This document shows, one piece after another, positions 55,328 through 64,000 of a DNA stretch of 64,000 nt (the stretch's first letter is position 1; every line of letters begins with the position of its first letter). The notes under the pieces were generated by a model. The model ran no database searches, was not told where the DNA came from, and saw only the letters and a program-made list of their open reading frames with translations. Where the stretch lies: the IMG/VR virus record IMGVR_UViG_3300006001_000011, positions 1-64,000 of that record; one strand, 5' to 3'. Source of the stretch: a virus. The position numbers were made by a program, and so were the translations under genes.

Positions 55328-55851
55328 GCATACTGCAAAAGAAAAGATACATGACTATATACAAAAAGCAGTTGGAGATGGCAGGCTTTGACATATACGA
55401 CAGAGTTCAGTTAAGGGACTTTTTGGATGCCAAAGACAAGATATTGACCGACATAGAGAAATACTTCGGGGAGGATGCGCATAAGGAGATGAGGAAAAAG
55501 GGTTCTATGCGGCAGTGTACGCACTTTATAGTAAAGGGTTCGTTATGCGCCAAGATAGTGATGAGGGACTCGATAGTTACGAACCATCCGGTATTGCATA
55601 ATTTTGGGGACTTGACGTTCAAGAAAGACTTGGATGTGTACATGTTTGACGTGAACAAGAACGGGGACGGCGTGGTATTCAAGAACGGATTTGGGTTAGA
55701 AGTTCATCAAGAGGAAAAGGTATATACGTTAATACAAACAGAGAGCAAATGGAAACGAATTGGGAGCAAAAAGATTTGTCTCTCGGCAACAGAAAAGCCG
55801 GGGAGAAAGTTACGAGTTATTTTCAAGGCAAAGAAGGCATCTCCGAAATAG
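55324..55851 (+). CDS. Hypothetical protein
   Basis: 175 aa. The last 34 codons overlap the next ORF and are K/R-rich. Confidence 0.55.
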   Translation: MSILQKKRYMTIYKKQLEMAGFDIYDRVQLRDFLDAKDKILTDIEKYFGEDAHKEMRKKGSMRQCTHFIVKGSLCAKIVMRDSIVTNHPVLHNFGDLTFKKDLDVYMFDVNKNGDGVVFKNGFGLEVHQEEKVYTLIQTESKWKRIGSKKICLSATEKPGRKLRVIFKAKKASPK

Positions 55852-56045
55852 CGGGCATATCTCCGGGATGCGGCTGTGCAGAGGTATGGTACGAGAAAGA
55901 GACGAAGAGATTGAAATTCATTTATCATCCGAGCATATCGGCGGGTTTTCAGGGGGACAGACAACATAGGACGATAGGGATAAAAGTTTATTACAGAGGG
56001 GGCGGGGAGGAGCAGTTGAGTTTTAATGTGACGGTTTTGCGTTAA
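55749..56045 (+). CDS. DUF1573-like (ASH/PapD-like beta-sandwich) small protein
   Basis: DLSLGNRKAGEKVTSYFQGKEGISEIAGISPGCGCAEVWY fits the DUF1573 pattern FDFG.i..G..v...F...N.G...L.I..v..sCGCT. Confidence 0.55.
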   Translation: METNWEQKDLSLGNRKAGEKVTSYFQGKEGISEIAGISPGCGCAEVWYEKETKRLKFIYHPSISAGFQGDRQHRTIGIKVYYRGGGEEQLSFNVTVLR

Positions 56046-56073
56046 ATTTGGGAAAAAATTAAATACTAAAGAT

Positions 56074-56967
56074 ATGCCTGCAGGACATAGTCACTATAAC
56101 AGATACATGGGAGTTATTCCTACTCCCAGTCCTACTCCGACTCAGACGCCTACGATTAGCGCGACGGCGACTTCGAGCAATACGCCTACTCCGAGCAACA
56201 CTCCTACGCCTACGAGCACGGGGACATTGACGGCTACTCCGAGTACAAGTCAGACTTCTACGAGCACTGGGACGCAGACTGCGACTCCGAGCACGAGTCA
56301 AACTTCCACGAGTACTGGTACGATGACGGCTACTCCTTCAAACAGTCAGACTCCCACGAATAGTCCGACGCCTACGAATACGGGGACTTCTACGAGTACC
56401 GGGACGATGACGGCTACTCCGAGTACGACAAATACTGCGACTCCGAGTACTACAAATACTCCGACGCCGAGCACTACGAATACTCCTACTCCGACAAATA
56501 CGATGACGGCTACGAGTACTCCTACTTCGAGTACTACGAGTACTCATACTCCGACTGTTACGAGGACTTCAAGTCGTCGTCCTCGGGAAAGGTGGGAACT
56601 GCGTCAATATGATTCAATTACCGCATATTGTCAAAATAAAAATAACTATACTCTTGTAAATGTTTATGCAGATGAGATTGATTATTATGCTAATGCAGAA
56701 GGAGATCGTCGTTATATAATGGGCGGACCTATGTTTACTAGTATTGAAACAAATGACTTATATAACGGACAAAATAAATTATATATGTCGCATAGATATA
56801 ACAATGTGCCGGATACAAGAAATGGACAAACGGCAAGAGTACATTTTATGCGAATAGATAGTATGGGAGGCACATGTGCAATATCTTATTTGGCGTGTAA
56901 TGGTTCTGTTCCTTCTAGTACGACTCAAATATCGCAATCAAATTATTTTAGCTCATGTAATTCTTAA
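56074..56967 (+). CDS. Mucin-like Thr/Pro/Ser-rich repeat protein with a globular Cys-containing C-terminal domain
   Basis: Residues about 15-185 are almost only T/P/S/N/Q/G/A. They include 16-aa (48-nt) tandem units GT(L/Q/M)TATPSTSQTSTST and 7-aa units (T/A)TPSTTN. The C-terminal 110 aa are AT-rich in codon usage and non-repetitive. Confidence 0.7.
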   Translation: MPAGHSHYNRYMGVIPTPSPTPTQTPTISATATSSNTPTPSNTPTPTSTGTLTATPSTSQTSTSTGTQTATPSTSQTSTSTGTMTATPSNSQTPTNSPTPTNTGTSTSTGTMTATPSTTNTATPSTTNTPTPSTTNTPTPTNTMTATSTPTSSTTSTHTPTVTRTSSRRPRERWELRQYDSITAYCQNKNNYTLVNVYADEIDYYANAEGDRRYIMGGPMFTSIETNDLYNGQNKLYMSHRYNNVPDTRNGQTARVHFMRIDSMGGTCAISYLACNGSVPSSTTQISQSNYFSSCNS

Positions 56968-56975
56968 TCCTTGAT

Positions 56976-57596
56976 ATGAATTATAAAGAAACAAGCATAA
57001 AAAAGCAGTACTCGCAAGAGGAGCTCATACGGAGAGTAAGGGCTCTCCCCGCATTGGTTCACGGAAACGAGCTTCCTTCCGATTATTGGATCTTGGGAGT
57101 ACAGTCCAAAGCCAACATTCCAGACAAGTTCGATGATCTCTTTTATTTATTCAACGGAGATAAATTGGAGAACGTCGCAAACGGCACTACCAATGCGGGT
57201 CTGGCGGGACTGAAATCCTACGAACAGTTTAACAAAAGCGGGATTGCGGTGATTAAAACGAATGAGTTCTATTTCAATCTTTGGTCATACGGACTGCACA
57301 GGAACAAGATGCCCGCGTTAAAGCAGATACATCCCATTAAGTTTTATCGGGATACGAACAGAGACAAGACTCCCGACGAAACAGGTCAGTTGTTCAATCA
57401 GGTGATAGGCATTAATTTTCACACCGTGTTCTATGATTTCACGGAACAGGAATTGAGGAACGACATATTCAGACCCAACATAGGACAATGGTCTGCGGGA
57501 TGTCAGGTGATAAACCATGTGAGAATGTACTACGAAATTCTCAACAAAGTGAAGCATCAGGATACGGTCAGTTATTGTTTGATTAAAGAATTTTAA
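56976..57596 (+). CDS. Hypothetical enzyme candidate with an H...SxGC signature (YkuD/L,D-transpeptidase-like?)
   Basis: It contains INFHTV..(27 aa)..GQWSAGCQVIN, which resembles the catalytic His/Cys arrangement of the YkuD fold. This is pattern-level evidence only. Confidence 0.3.
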   Translation: MNYKETSIKKQYSQEELIRRVRALPALVHGNELPSDYWILGVQSKANIPDKFDDLFYLFNGDKLENVANGTTNAGLAGLKSYEQFNKSGIAVIKTNEFYFNLWSYGLHRNKMPALKQIHPIKFYRDTNRDKTPDETGQLFNQVIGINFHTVFYDFTEQELRNDIFRPNIGQWSAGCQVINHVRMYYEILNKVKHQDTVSYCLIKEF

Positions 57597-57602
57597 CCTT
57601 GT

Positions 57603-58169
57603 ATGGCATATCTCTTTCAGATAAACGAAAAGATCGTCTTTCCAAACGAAGAGACGTTGCTTATTTCTCCGTTTAAAGAGATATGGGAAAGAGACTTGTC
57701 CAAAGACAAGAACAAAGCCATTCAGGAATTTGCCTACATAGAGTTTATGACTTCGATGAAGAAGTCGAATCCTTACCGTCAGTATCCCGAGAACATAAAA
57801 GAAACGATAATCAAGAAAGCGATAATCAAAGAAGAGGACTGGACTCCGGACATACTTATCATAAAAGGCATGGAGCTTGTAATCAAGTTTCAGAGAGAAG
57901 CGTCGGCTACCTACAACTACTATATGGCGGCAAAAATGGCGGCGGAGAAGATGCAGGAGTTCTTTCGCGAAGTGGACGTAAACGAAAGAAACGGCAAAGG
58001 GCTTCCCGTATATAAACCCAGAGACATTACCTCCGCTTTGAACGACACCGAAAAGGTTCTTGCCAACCTCAAATCCCTTGAAAAGAAAGTAGAAGAAGAG
58101 CTTTACGAAGAGAGCAGGATACGGGGGAACAAAGAAATCAGTCCTTTCGCCGAGCCTGAATCCGTATGA
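57603..58169 (+). CDS. Candidate small terminase subunit (position-based)
   Basis: 188 aa helical protein with an ATGA overlap with the TerL start. I recognise no motif. Confidence 0.35.
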   Translation: MAYLFQINEKIVFPNEETLLISPFKEIWERDLSKDKNKAIQEFAYIEFMTSMKKSNPYRQYPENIKETIIKKAIIKEEDWTPDILIIKGMELVIKFQREASATYNYYMAAKMAAEKMQEFFREVDVNERNGKGLPVYKPRDITSALNDTEKVLANLKSLEKKVEEELYEESRIRGNKEISPFAEPESV

Positions 58170-60397
58170 TCCTCGATACATCATATGACGAAGGAAAAGT
58201 CAATGCGGTGCGCAATCCCGACGGCATTTGGATTAACTCTTCGGTATTTACCGACGCCGCGAAATGCTTTAAGAAATACGGATACTACGTGTCAGACCCG
58301 TGGGGTACTGCGGCATGGTATGACTACTGGAAAGAAGAGAGAAAAAGGTGCATCGAAGGATATACGGTGGCAGGGGTCAAGATTACCGGCGAGCATTACT
58401 TCTACCTTAACTACACGCCCATTCAGAAAGTGGACGTGATAATGGGAAACCGAGCCAACAAAGTAGAGGGTTTTCCCGACTTCTGGGACGGCGACTTCAA
58501 CTACTTTTGGATAAGAGAGATAGCCAAGAACGGCATATACCAATCCTTGCTTTCTCCCGAAAAGTTTAAAGCGTTTTCGGAGAATCCTCAGAATTTTCCG
58601 GGCTTGGGAGAGAAACTTCTCGAATCCCTTAAACTCGAGGTGAAGATACCGCCTTCCACCACCATAGAACTGGAAGGGCAGAAATATACGAAAGACAATC
58701 TCGAAGGCGGGTTTAACTTGATAGTGGGCAAATCCAGAAGGAAAGGATACTCCTTGAAGAACTCGTCTATCGCCGCTAACAACTTCTTGACCATACCCAA
58801 CAGCTATACTGCGTTGGCCGCTTATGAAAAGAGATTTCTATATCCCGGAGCTATCTTCTCCTACACGCTAGACCTTCTCAACTTCATCAATGCTTCCACC
58901 GGATGGGTCATGCCTTCCGACGTGCTCAAGAGAGCCGACCACATACGAAGTTCCTACTATGAATACATCAACGGACTCAAACTTGAGAAGGGGTTTAAGT
59001 CAGAGATACAAGCCGTATCCTTCAAAGACAACCCCGATGCCTTGAGGGGGAAGAACGCCAAAGACATTTACTTTGAAGAAGCGGGGGCTTTCGGCGTTCC
59101 GGGACTGCTCAAATCGTCCTATGCCGCCTCCGAGCCATGCGTAATGGCGGGAAAGATTAAAACGGGAATGATAACTCTATTTGGAACCTCGGGAGACATG
59201 GAAGGCGGCACTGCCGACTATGCCGACATGCACTCCAGACCGGAGGCTTTCAACCTGCTCCCCTTCCTTAATATATGGGACAAAGATTCCCTAAACCAGA
59301 AGACCGGTTTCTTTCATCCCATCGACTGGAACATGGAAGGTCTCTACGACAAACAGGGCAACTCGAACAAAGAGGCGGCGAGGCAACTGGAGCTTTTGAC
59401 TCGCAAGAGATTAGTCAAGAACGGGGCTTTGTACTCCGACATACAACAGAGGATGCAGGAGAACCCTTTGTCTCCTTCGGAGGCTTTCGGGGCTATTGCA
59501 ATCAATAACTTCCCGGTGGTGGAACTCAAACATCAGCTCCAGAAGGTGAAAGCCAACAACCTTCAATTCGTGAAGGGGATGCCGGTGGACATCATGTACA
59601 ACGAAGACCAAGTGGTCATCAAGCCCATACTCAACAATGAAAAAGAGCCGATTACTTCCTATTACAACATACCTCTCAACAAAGCGGGATGCGTAATGAT
59701 TTACGAACAGGTAGTGCCCGACCCGCCCAAGAACCTTTACAAAATAGGATACGACCCGGTTATGCAAGATCAGGGAACTTCTCTCGCCGGCATCGCGGTA
59801 TATAAAGGAGTACATACTTCTACTCAATACCACAGCGTTTTGGTGGCTGAATACATAGGCAGGATGGAGTCGGCGGAAGACATGGACAGGCTTGCCGAGA
59901 TGCTCGCGGTCTATTACAACACCCAGATTATGCACGAGAACGAGGTTACGGGAGTAAAGACTTATTTTCAAAGAACCAAGAAACTGCACCTGTTGGCGGG
60001 ACAGCCCAACGCCGTCATATCCAAGAACGTCAAACTTTCAAAAGTGGCGAGGGTCTATGGATGCCATATGGCGGAACCGCTCAAAGACGCGGGGGAAAGA
60101 TACGTGAAAGACTGGCTTTTGACTACTTTGGACTACGACGAAAACGGAGACAAAGTGAGGGTCATAGACAAGATTTATTCCATTCGTTTATTGGAAGAGT
60201 TGATTGCTTACAACAGAAAGGGTAACTTTGACTTGGTTTCCGCCCTGTTTATGTGCATGTTTCAGGTGCAAGAAGAAGAACTAGGCAAGAAATACGACTC
60301 TCACGAAGTTGATCCGAAGGGAACGAGGATGCTGAGGATGTTGGACAGAGTATATAGGAGAAATAACTTTTCGCTTGAACAAATGGCAGTAAGATGA
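58166..60397 (+). CDS. terL: Terminase large subunit
   Basis: The Walker A-like segment is LIVGKSRRKGYS. The Walker B-like segment is DIYFEEAGAF. The C-terminal nuclease-like acidic motifs are IGYDPVMQD and IMHENEV. It is 743 aa and is followed by the portal gene with an ATGA overlap. Confidence 0.8.
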   Translation: MILDTSYDEGKVNAVRNPDGIWINSSVFTDAAKCFKKYGYYVSDPWGTAAWYDYWKEERKRCIEGYTVAGVKITGEHYFYLNYTPIQKVDVIMGNRANKVEGFPDFWDGDFNYFWIREIAKNGIYQSLLSPEKFKAFSENPQNFPGLGEKLLESLKLEVKIPPSTTIELEGQKYTKDNLEGGFNLIVGKSRRKGYSLKNSSIAANNFLTIPNSYTALAAYEKRFLYPGAIFSYTLDLLNFINASTGWVMPSDVLKRADHIRSSYYEYINGLKLEKGFKSEIQAVSFKDNPDALRGKNAKDIYFEEAGAFGVPGLLKSSYAASEPCVMAGKIKTGMITLFGTSGDMEGGTADYADMHSRPEAFNLLPFLNIWDKDSLNQKTGFFHPIDWNMEGLYDKQGNSNKEAARQLELLTRKRLVKNGALYSDIQQRMQENPLSPSEAFGAIAINNFPVVELKHQLQKVKANNLQFVKGMPVDIMYNEDQVVIKPILNNEKEPITSYYNIPLNKAGCVMIYEQVVPDPPKNLYKIGYDPVMQDQGTSLAGIAVYKGVHTSTQYHSVLVAEYIGRMESAEDMDRLAEMLAVYYNTQIMHENEVTGVKTYFQRTKKLHLLAGQPNAVISKNVKLSKVARVYGCHMAEPLKDAGERYVKDWLLTTLDYDENGDKVRVIDKIYSIRLLEELIAYNRKGNFDLVSALFMCMFQVQEEELGKKYDSHEVDPKGTRMLRMLDRVYRRNNFSLEQMAVR

Positions 60398-62847
60398 AGT
60401 CATATCAGAATTTAGCCGACAGAGACCAACGCTTGACTATGGCGCAGAAGAATGCCAACAAAAAGCAATGGTACAAAAGCAATGCCGACAAGCTCGACAA
60501 AGTGCACGGCAGATATGCCTATTCTACCGACTACAACAACGCGGTGTCCACATTCGACAGAATGAAGGTGAACTACGACCTGTTCAACAACATTCTCGAC
60601 TTAAAGAACTTTGAATACGTCTGCAAACCTTTCGGGAAAGAAGCCGGAGAGCTTCCCGCCTCGATGGTGAACAGAGACATCTCTTCGGGCAAGATAAGAG
60701 CTATCTTGGGGATGGAAATGAAACGTCCTTTCATATGGGAAGCGGTGGCGGTGAACCCCGAAGCCACCACCAGAAGAGAACAAGAGTCCCTCAAAAGGAT
60801 AAAAGACTTCGTCATAGACTCTATCATGGGTCCTATCAAGCAACAGATAGCCATGCAACACGAGCAGGAGATGAAAGGAAGGGAACTGACGCAAGAAGAG
60901 CAACAACAGATACAACAGCAGATAGAGCAGGAGGTCAAAATGCAGACTCCGCAAGAGGTAAAGAAATACATGGAAAGGGATTACCAAGACCCTGCCGAAG
61001 TCATGAGCAACCAGCTCCTTAAATACCTCGAAAAGAAAGAAGACTTGCCCAGAAAATTCATCGACGCCTTCAAACACGGACTTCTTTCGGGGGTTCAGGT
61101 CATGTACATAGGCATCCTCAACGACGAACCCGTTACGTGGGTAGTCAATCCGATGCGTTTTGCTCCCGACATGTCCCCCGACAACCAATTTATCGAAGAC
61201 GGCGAATCGGCGGTATGCGAATACAGGATGACGCGTTCCGAAATCGTCAAATACTTCGGCGACGAACTCAAAGAAGAAGAGATAGACAGGATATACAAGA
61301 CCATGCCGGTGGGAAGCACCGACAATTCCGACTTTTTTTCCGTGATGCAGGGGTACAACACCGACAGAAATACGGTGGGAGTGCTTCACTGCACGTGGAA
61401 ATCTCTGAGAGAGATAGGTTTTCTGACCTATCAGGACGAAAACGGGCAGATTCAGGAGCAGATAGTCGATGAGCATTACAAAATTAACACGGACGCGGGG
61501 GACATAGAGGTAGAATGGAAATGGATACCCGAAGTCTATGAGACGTGGAAGATAAAAATCAGCGACCCCGTCTATATCAAGATGCAACCCGTGCCCGGAC
61601 AATTCAAAGACCTTGCCAACCTCTACTACTGCAAACTTCCGTACTACGGAGTGGTCTATGACAACATGAACTCCGAGGTTACTTCCATGATGGACAGGCT
61701 CAAAGTATATCAGTACTACTATAATATAGTGATGTACAAGCTGGAATTGCTTCTGGCATCGGACAAAGGGAAGAAAGTGCTCATGAATATAGGGGCGATA
61801 CCCGAAAGCATGGGCATTGACGTGGAGAAATGGCAACATTTCTTTGAGGCTACTTCGATCATGTGGTACAATCCTTCGGAAGAAGGCAACAACTACAACG
61901 ACGCGAACACCGTCGCCAAAGTGATTGACCTTTCCCTCGTGTCCGACATCAAGAAGTATATGGAGATAGCGGAATATCTCAGGATGCAATGCGGAAGAAG
62001 CGTGGGAATACCCGACCAGATAGAAGGGCAGGTCTCCCAGAGAGAAGCCGTCTCCAACGTGAACGCCGTAATGGATCAATCCGCGACCATTCTCGAGTCC
62101 TACTTTGAACTTCATGCCCACATGAAGAAAAACATCATACAAGGACTCTTGGAAACCGCCAAGATAGCATACAGAGAACAGGCGGAGAAGAAACTGACAT
62201 ACGTCTTGGACGACATGTCCATTCAGACTTTGACGGTGGACATGGGCATACTCGACAACAACACATTGGGCATTTTCGTTTCCAACGCATACAAGATAAG
62301 CGAGACCAAAGAGATACTCAAACAGCTTACTCAAGCCGCGTTGCAGAACCAGAAGGTAGAGCTTTCCGACGTGATTTCCGTATTAAGGCAAGAGTCTATC
62401 GTAGAAGCCGAAGAGACGCTCAAAGTATCCGAGAACAACAGAAAAGAATACGAACAGCAGGCACAGCAACAGCAAATTCAGGCAAATGCCGAAGAAGCCG
62501 ACAAGCAGAGAGAGCATGAAGCGCAGATGTTTGAACAGCAGAAAGAGCTTACCGTCATTAAAGAAGAAGAGAGAAGGAAGACAGAACTGATGAAAGTATC
62601 CTTGTTGGGACAATCTTTCAATCCCGACCAAGACGCAGACGACGACGGAGTAAACGACTTCTTGGAGATTGCCAGAGACGGATTAGACGCCGACATCAAG
62701 AGAAGAAAGCTCGGAATAGAAGAACAAAAACTCAATCACACCATGAAAATGGACAAGGTAAAGTCCAAACAAGAAGACGAGAAGATTAAGATAGCGGAGC
62801 AAAAAGCGAAGGCCGATAAAGCAAAAGCAAGAGCGAAAGCGAAGTAA
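60394..62847 (+). CDS. Portal protein
   Basis: 817 aa ORF translationally coupled to terL, in the position usual for crAss-like and many tailed phages. It has a K/E/Q-rich C-terminal tail. The assignment rests on synteny and size. Confidence 0.65.
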   Translation: MKSYQNLADRDQRLTMAQKNANKKQWYKSNADKLDKVHGRYAYSTDYNNAVSTFDRMKVNYDLFNNILDLKNFEYVCKPFGKEAGELPASMVNRDISSGKIRAILGMEMKRPFIWEAVAVNPEATTRREQESLKRIKDFVIDSIMGPIKQQIAMQHEQEMKGRELTQEEQQQIQQQIEQEVKMQTPQEVKKYMERDYQDPAEVMSNQLLKYLEKKEDLPRKFIDAFKHGLLSGVQVMYIGILNDEPVTWVVNPMRFAPDMSPDNQFIEDGESAVCEYRMTRSEIVKYFGDELKEEEIDRIYKTMPVGSTDNSDFFSVMQGYNTDRNTVGVLHCTWKSLREIGFLTYQDENGQIQEQIVDEHYKINTDAGDIEVEWKWIPEVYETWKIKISDPVYIKMQPVPGQFKDLANLYYCKLPYYGVVYDNMNSEVTSMMDRLKVYQYYYNIVMYKLELLLASDKGKKVLMNIGAIPESMGIDVEKWQHFFEATSIMWYNPSEEGNNYNDANTVAKVIDLSLVSDIKKYMEIAEYLRMQCGRSVGIPDQIEGQVSQREAVSNVNAVMDQSATILESYFELHAHMKKNIIQGLLETAKIAYREQAEKKLTYVLDDMSIQTLTVDMGILDNNTLGIFVSNAYKISETKEILKQLTQAALQNQKVELSDVISVLRQESIVEAEETLKVSENNRKEYEQQAQQQQIQANAEEADKQREHEAQMFEQQKELTVIKEEERRKTELMKVSLLGQSFNPDQDADDDGVNDFLEIARDGLDADIKRRKLGIEEQKLNHTMKMDKVKSKQEDEKIKIAEQKAKADKAKARAKAK

Positions 62848-62922
62848 AGGAAAAATATTTTTTGCGTTTTTAAGATTGAAACTTGATTATTATTAATATT
62901 TAAACTTAATTTGTGTACGACC

Positions 62923-64000
62923 ATGAACAAACCGGAAGAAAATATCGCCCTAAACAGCCTTGACGACTTCAAGGGTTGGGAAGAAATGACCGACGAAAAA
63001 GACTTTTTCTCTCAGATTGAAAAAACAGACGACGCTCCTCTTGATAATAGTTCCAAGGTTTCCGACCCTCCTCCTGCCGTGACGTCGGGAGGGGGGAAGG
63101 AGGGGGAGGCTCCTCCCGCTCCGAAGGTCAAACCCGAACCCGACATGTTCAAGAAAGTCTCCAACGTGCCCGACATAAAAGGCGGGAACGAAGAAGACGA
63201 CGAAACGGGGGAAGCCGTGTCCAAACTGGGGGTTTACAAATACCTCAAGACGCAGGGACTGATTGAAATCCCCGAAGACGAAGAAGAGGACATAGACGAA
63301 GAGACCGCCGAAGAATTTATGGCAGAGAAATTCTCCGAGACCTTCGAGAAAAAGGTAAACGAGAGGATAGAAGAACTGTTCAACGGCGTTCCGGAAGACG
63401 TCAAACAGCTCAACAAATTCGTGATTAACGGAGGAAACCCCGCAGAGTACTTTCAGGCGATAGCAAAGAGTCAAGCCGAGGGCATCACCGAAGACATAGA
63501 CCTCTCCAAAGAGAAGAACCAAGAACTCGTATTCCGTCAAATGATGGAAGAAGACGGAGAAGACCCCGAGTTCATCGAAAACCAAATCGACTATTTCAGG
63601 GAGAACGGCAAGCTCAAATTAATGGCCGAAAAGAAATTCGAGAAATGGAAATCCGACAACGAGAGGGAGAAAGAGATGCTCCTGCAGAGGCAGAGAGAAA
63701 GCGTCGAAAGGCAGAAAGAAGCCATAAAACAGAACAAATACAAGTTGTCGGCTTACTTGGAAGAGAACGATACGTTGGGTCAGCTTTCCATAAACAAAGA
63801 CGACAAAAGAATACTTCCTTCCTACATCAACGACAAGACGGTAAGGCTGAACAACGGCAACGTCATCAGTCAGCTTCAAAAAGACCTTTACTTCGACATA
63901 CACCAGAACCAACAGGCTTTGTTGCAGTTGGCGGTCTTGATGAAGAACAGGAACAAAGACGGCACGTTCAACTTCAACGCGATAGTGAACGACGCCAAAA
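62923..64000 (+). CDS. Structural/assembly-module protein, 3' end beyond the window (not in the ORF track because no stop is reached)
   Basis: The ATG at 62923 opens a frame that stays open to nt 64000 (MNKPEENIALNSLDDFKGWEEM...NAIVNDAK). It has an acidic, disordered N-terminal region. Confidence 0.7.
   Translation, partial: MNKPEENIALNSLDDFKGWEEMTDEKDFFSQIEKTDDAPLDNSSKVSDPPPAVTSGGGKEGEAPPAPKVKPEPDMFKKVSNVPDIKGGNEEDDETGEAVSKLGVYKYLKTQGLIEIPEDEEEDIDEETAEEFMAEKFSETFEKKVNERIEELFNGVPEDVKQLNKFVINGGNPAEYFQAIAKSQAEGITEDIDLSKEKNQELVFRQMMEEDGEDPEFIENQIDYFRENGKLKLMAEKKFEKWKSDNEREKEMLLQRQRESVERQKEAIKQNKYKLSAYLEENDTLGQLSINKDDKRILPSYINDKTVRLNNGNVISQLQKDLYFDIHQNQQALLQLAVLMKNRNKDGTFNFNAIVNDAK

Noticed and set aside
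56059-56301. 80-aa Arg/Ser-rich minus-strand ORF.
   Set aside because: It is the antisense reading of the ACN/CCN-rich Thr/Pro repeat of 56074..56967, an artefact of repeat composition.

Overview
The window reads as about 64 kb of a crAss-like (Crassvirales-type) phage genome, probably with a Bacteroidota-type host. This is an inference from gene content and from the A-rich, Shine-Dalgarno-less start contexts (AAAACCAAA-type); no database search was possible. There are three transcription blocks. (1) Plus strand, 1-19157: two giant ORFs covering about 19 kb. The first is open to the left window edge, begins with an in-frame (AAT)38 poly-Asn tract, and contains an RNA-polymerase-like RxPTxxHxxG...DxDxD block. 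The second has a PD-(D/E)XK nuclease signature and a glycine-rich transmembrane cluster. (2) Minus strand, 19225-53953: a translationally coupled operon. It encodes a GH73-like endolysin, dUTPase, two PD-(D/E)XK-type nucleases, a ThiF/E1-like plus JAMM/JAB gene pair with two ubiquitin-like small ORFs, a family-1 UDG with a substituted catalytic Asp, a TOPRIM primase, a P-loop ATPase, a DnaB-like helicase, an SF2 helicase, a family B DNA polymerase and several tandem paralog families. It is followed by two long gene-poor gaps and then seven monocistronic units, each with a conserved about 25-nt upstream motif, a small gene and a hairpin terminator. (3) Plus strand, 54314-64000: small accessory genes (wHTH, DUF1573-like, a mucin-like Thr/Pro-rich protein, an SxGC enzyme candidate), a candidate TerS, TerL, portal, and a 3'-truncated structural-module gene. 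The top candidates for novelty are the phage-borne E1/JAB/Ubl-like cluster (24674-30177), the repeated promoter-like cassette architecture (50522-54110) and the iteron-like repeat arrays flanking one cassette gene (50289-51365). I saw no rRNA, tRNA, CRISPR array, transposase or integrase.
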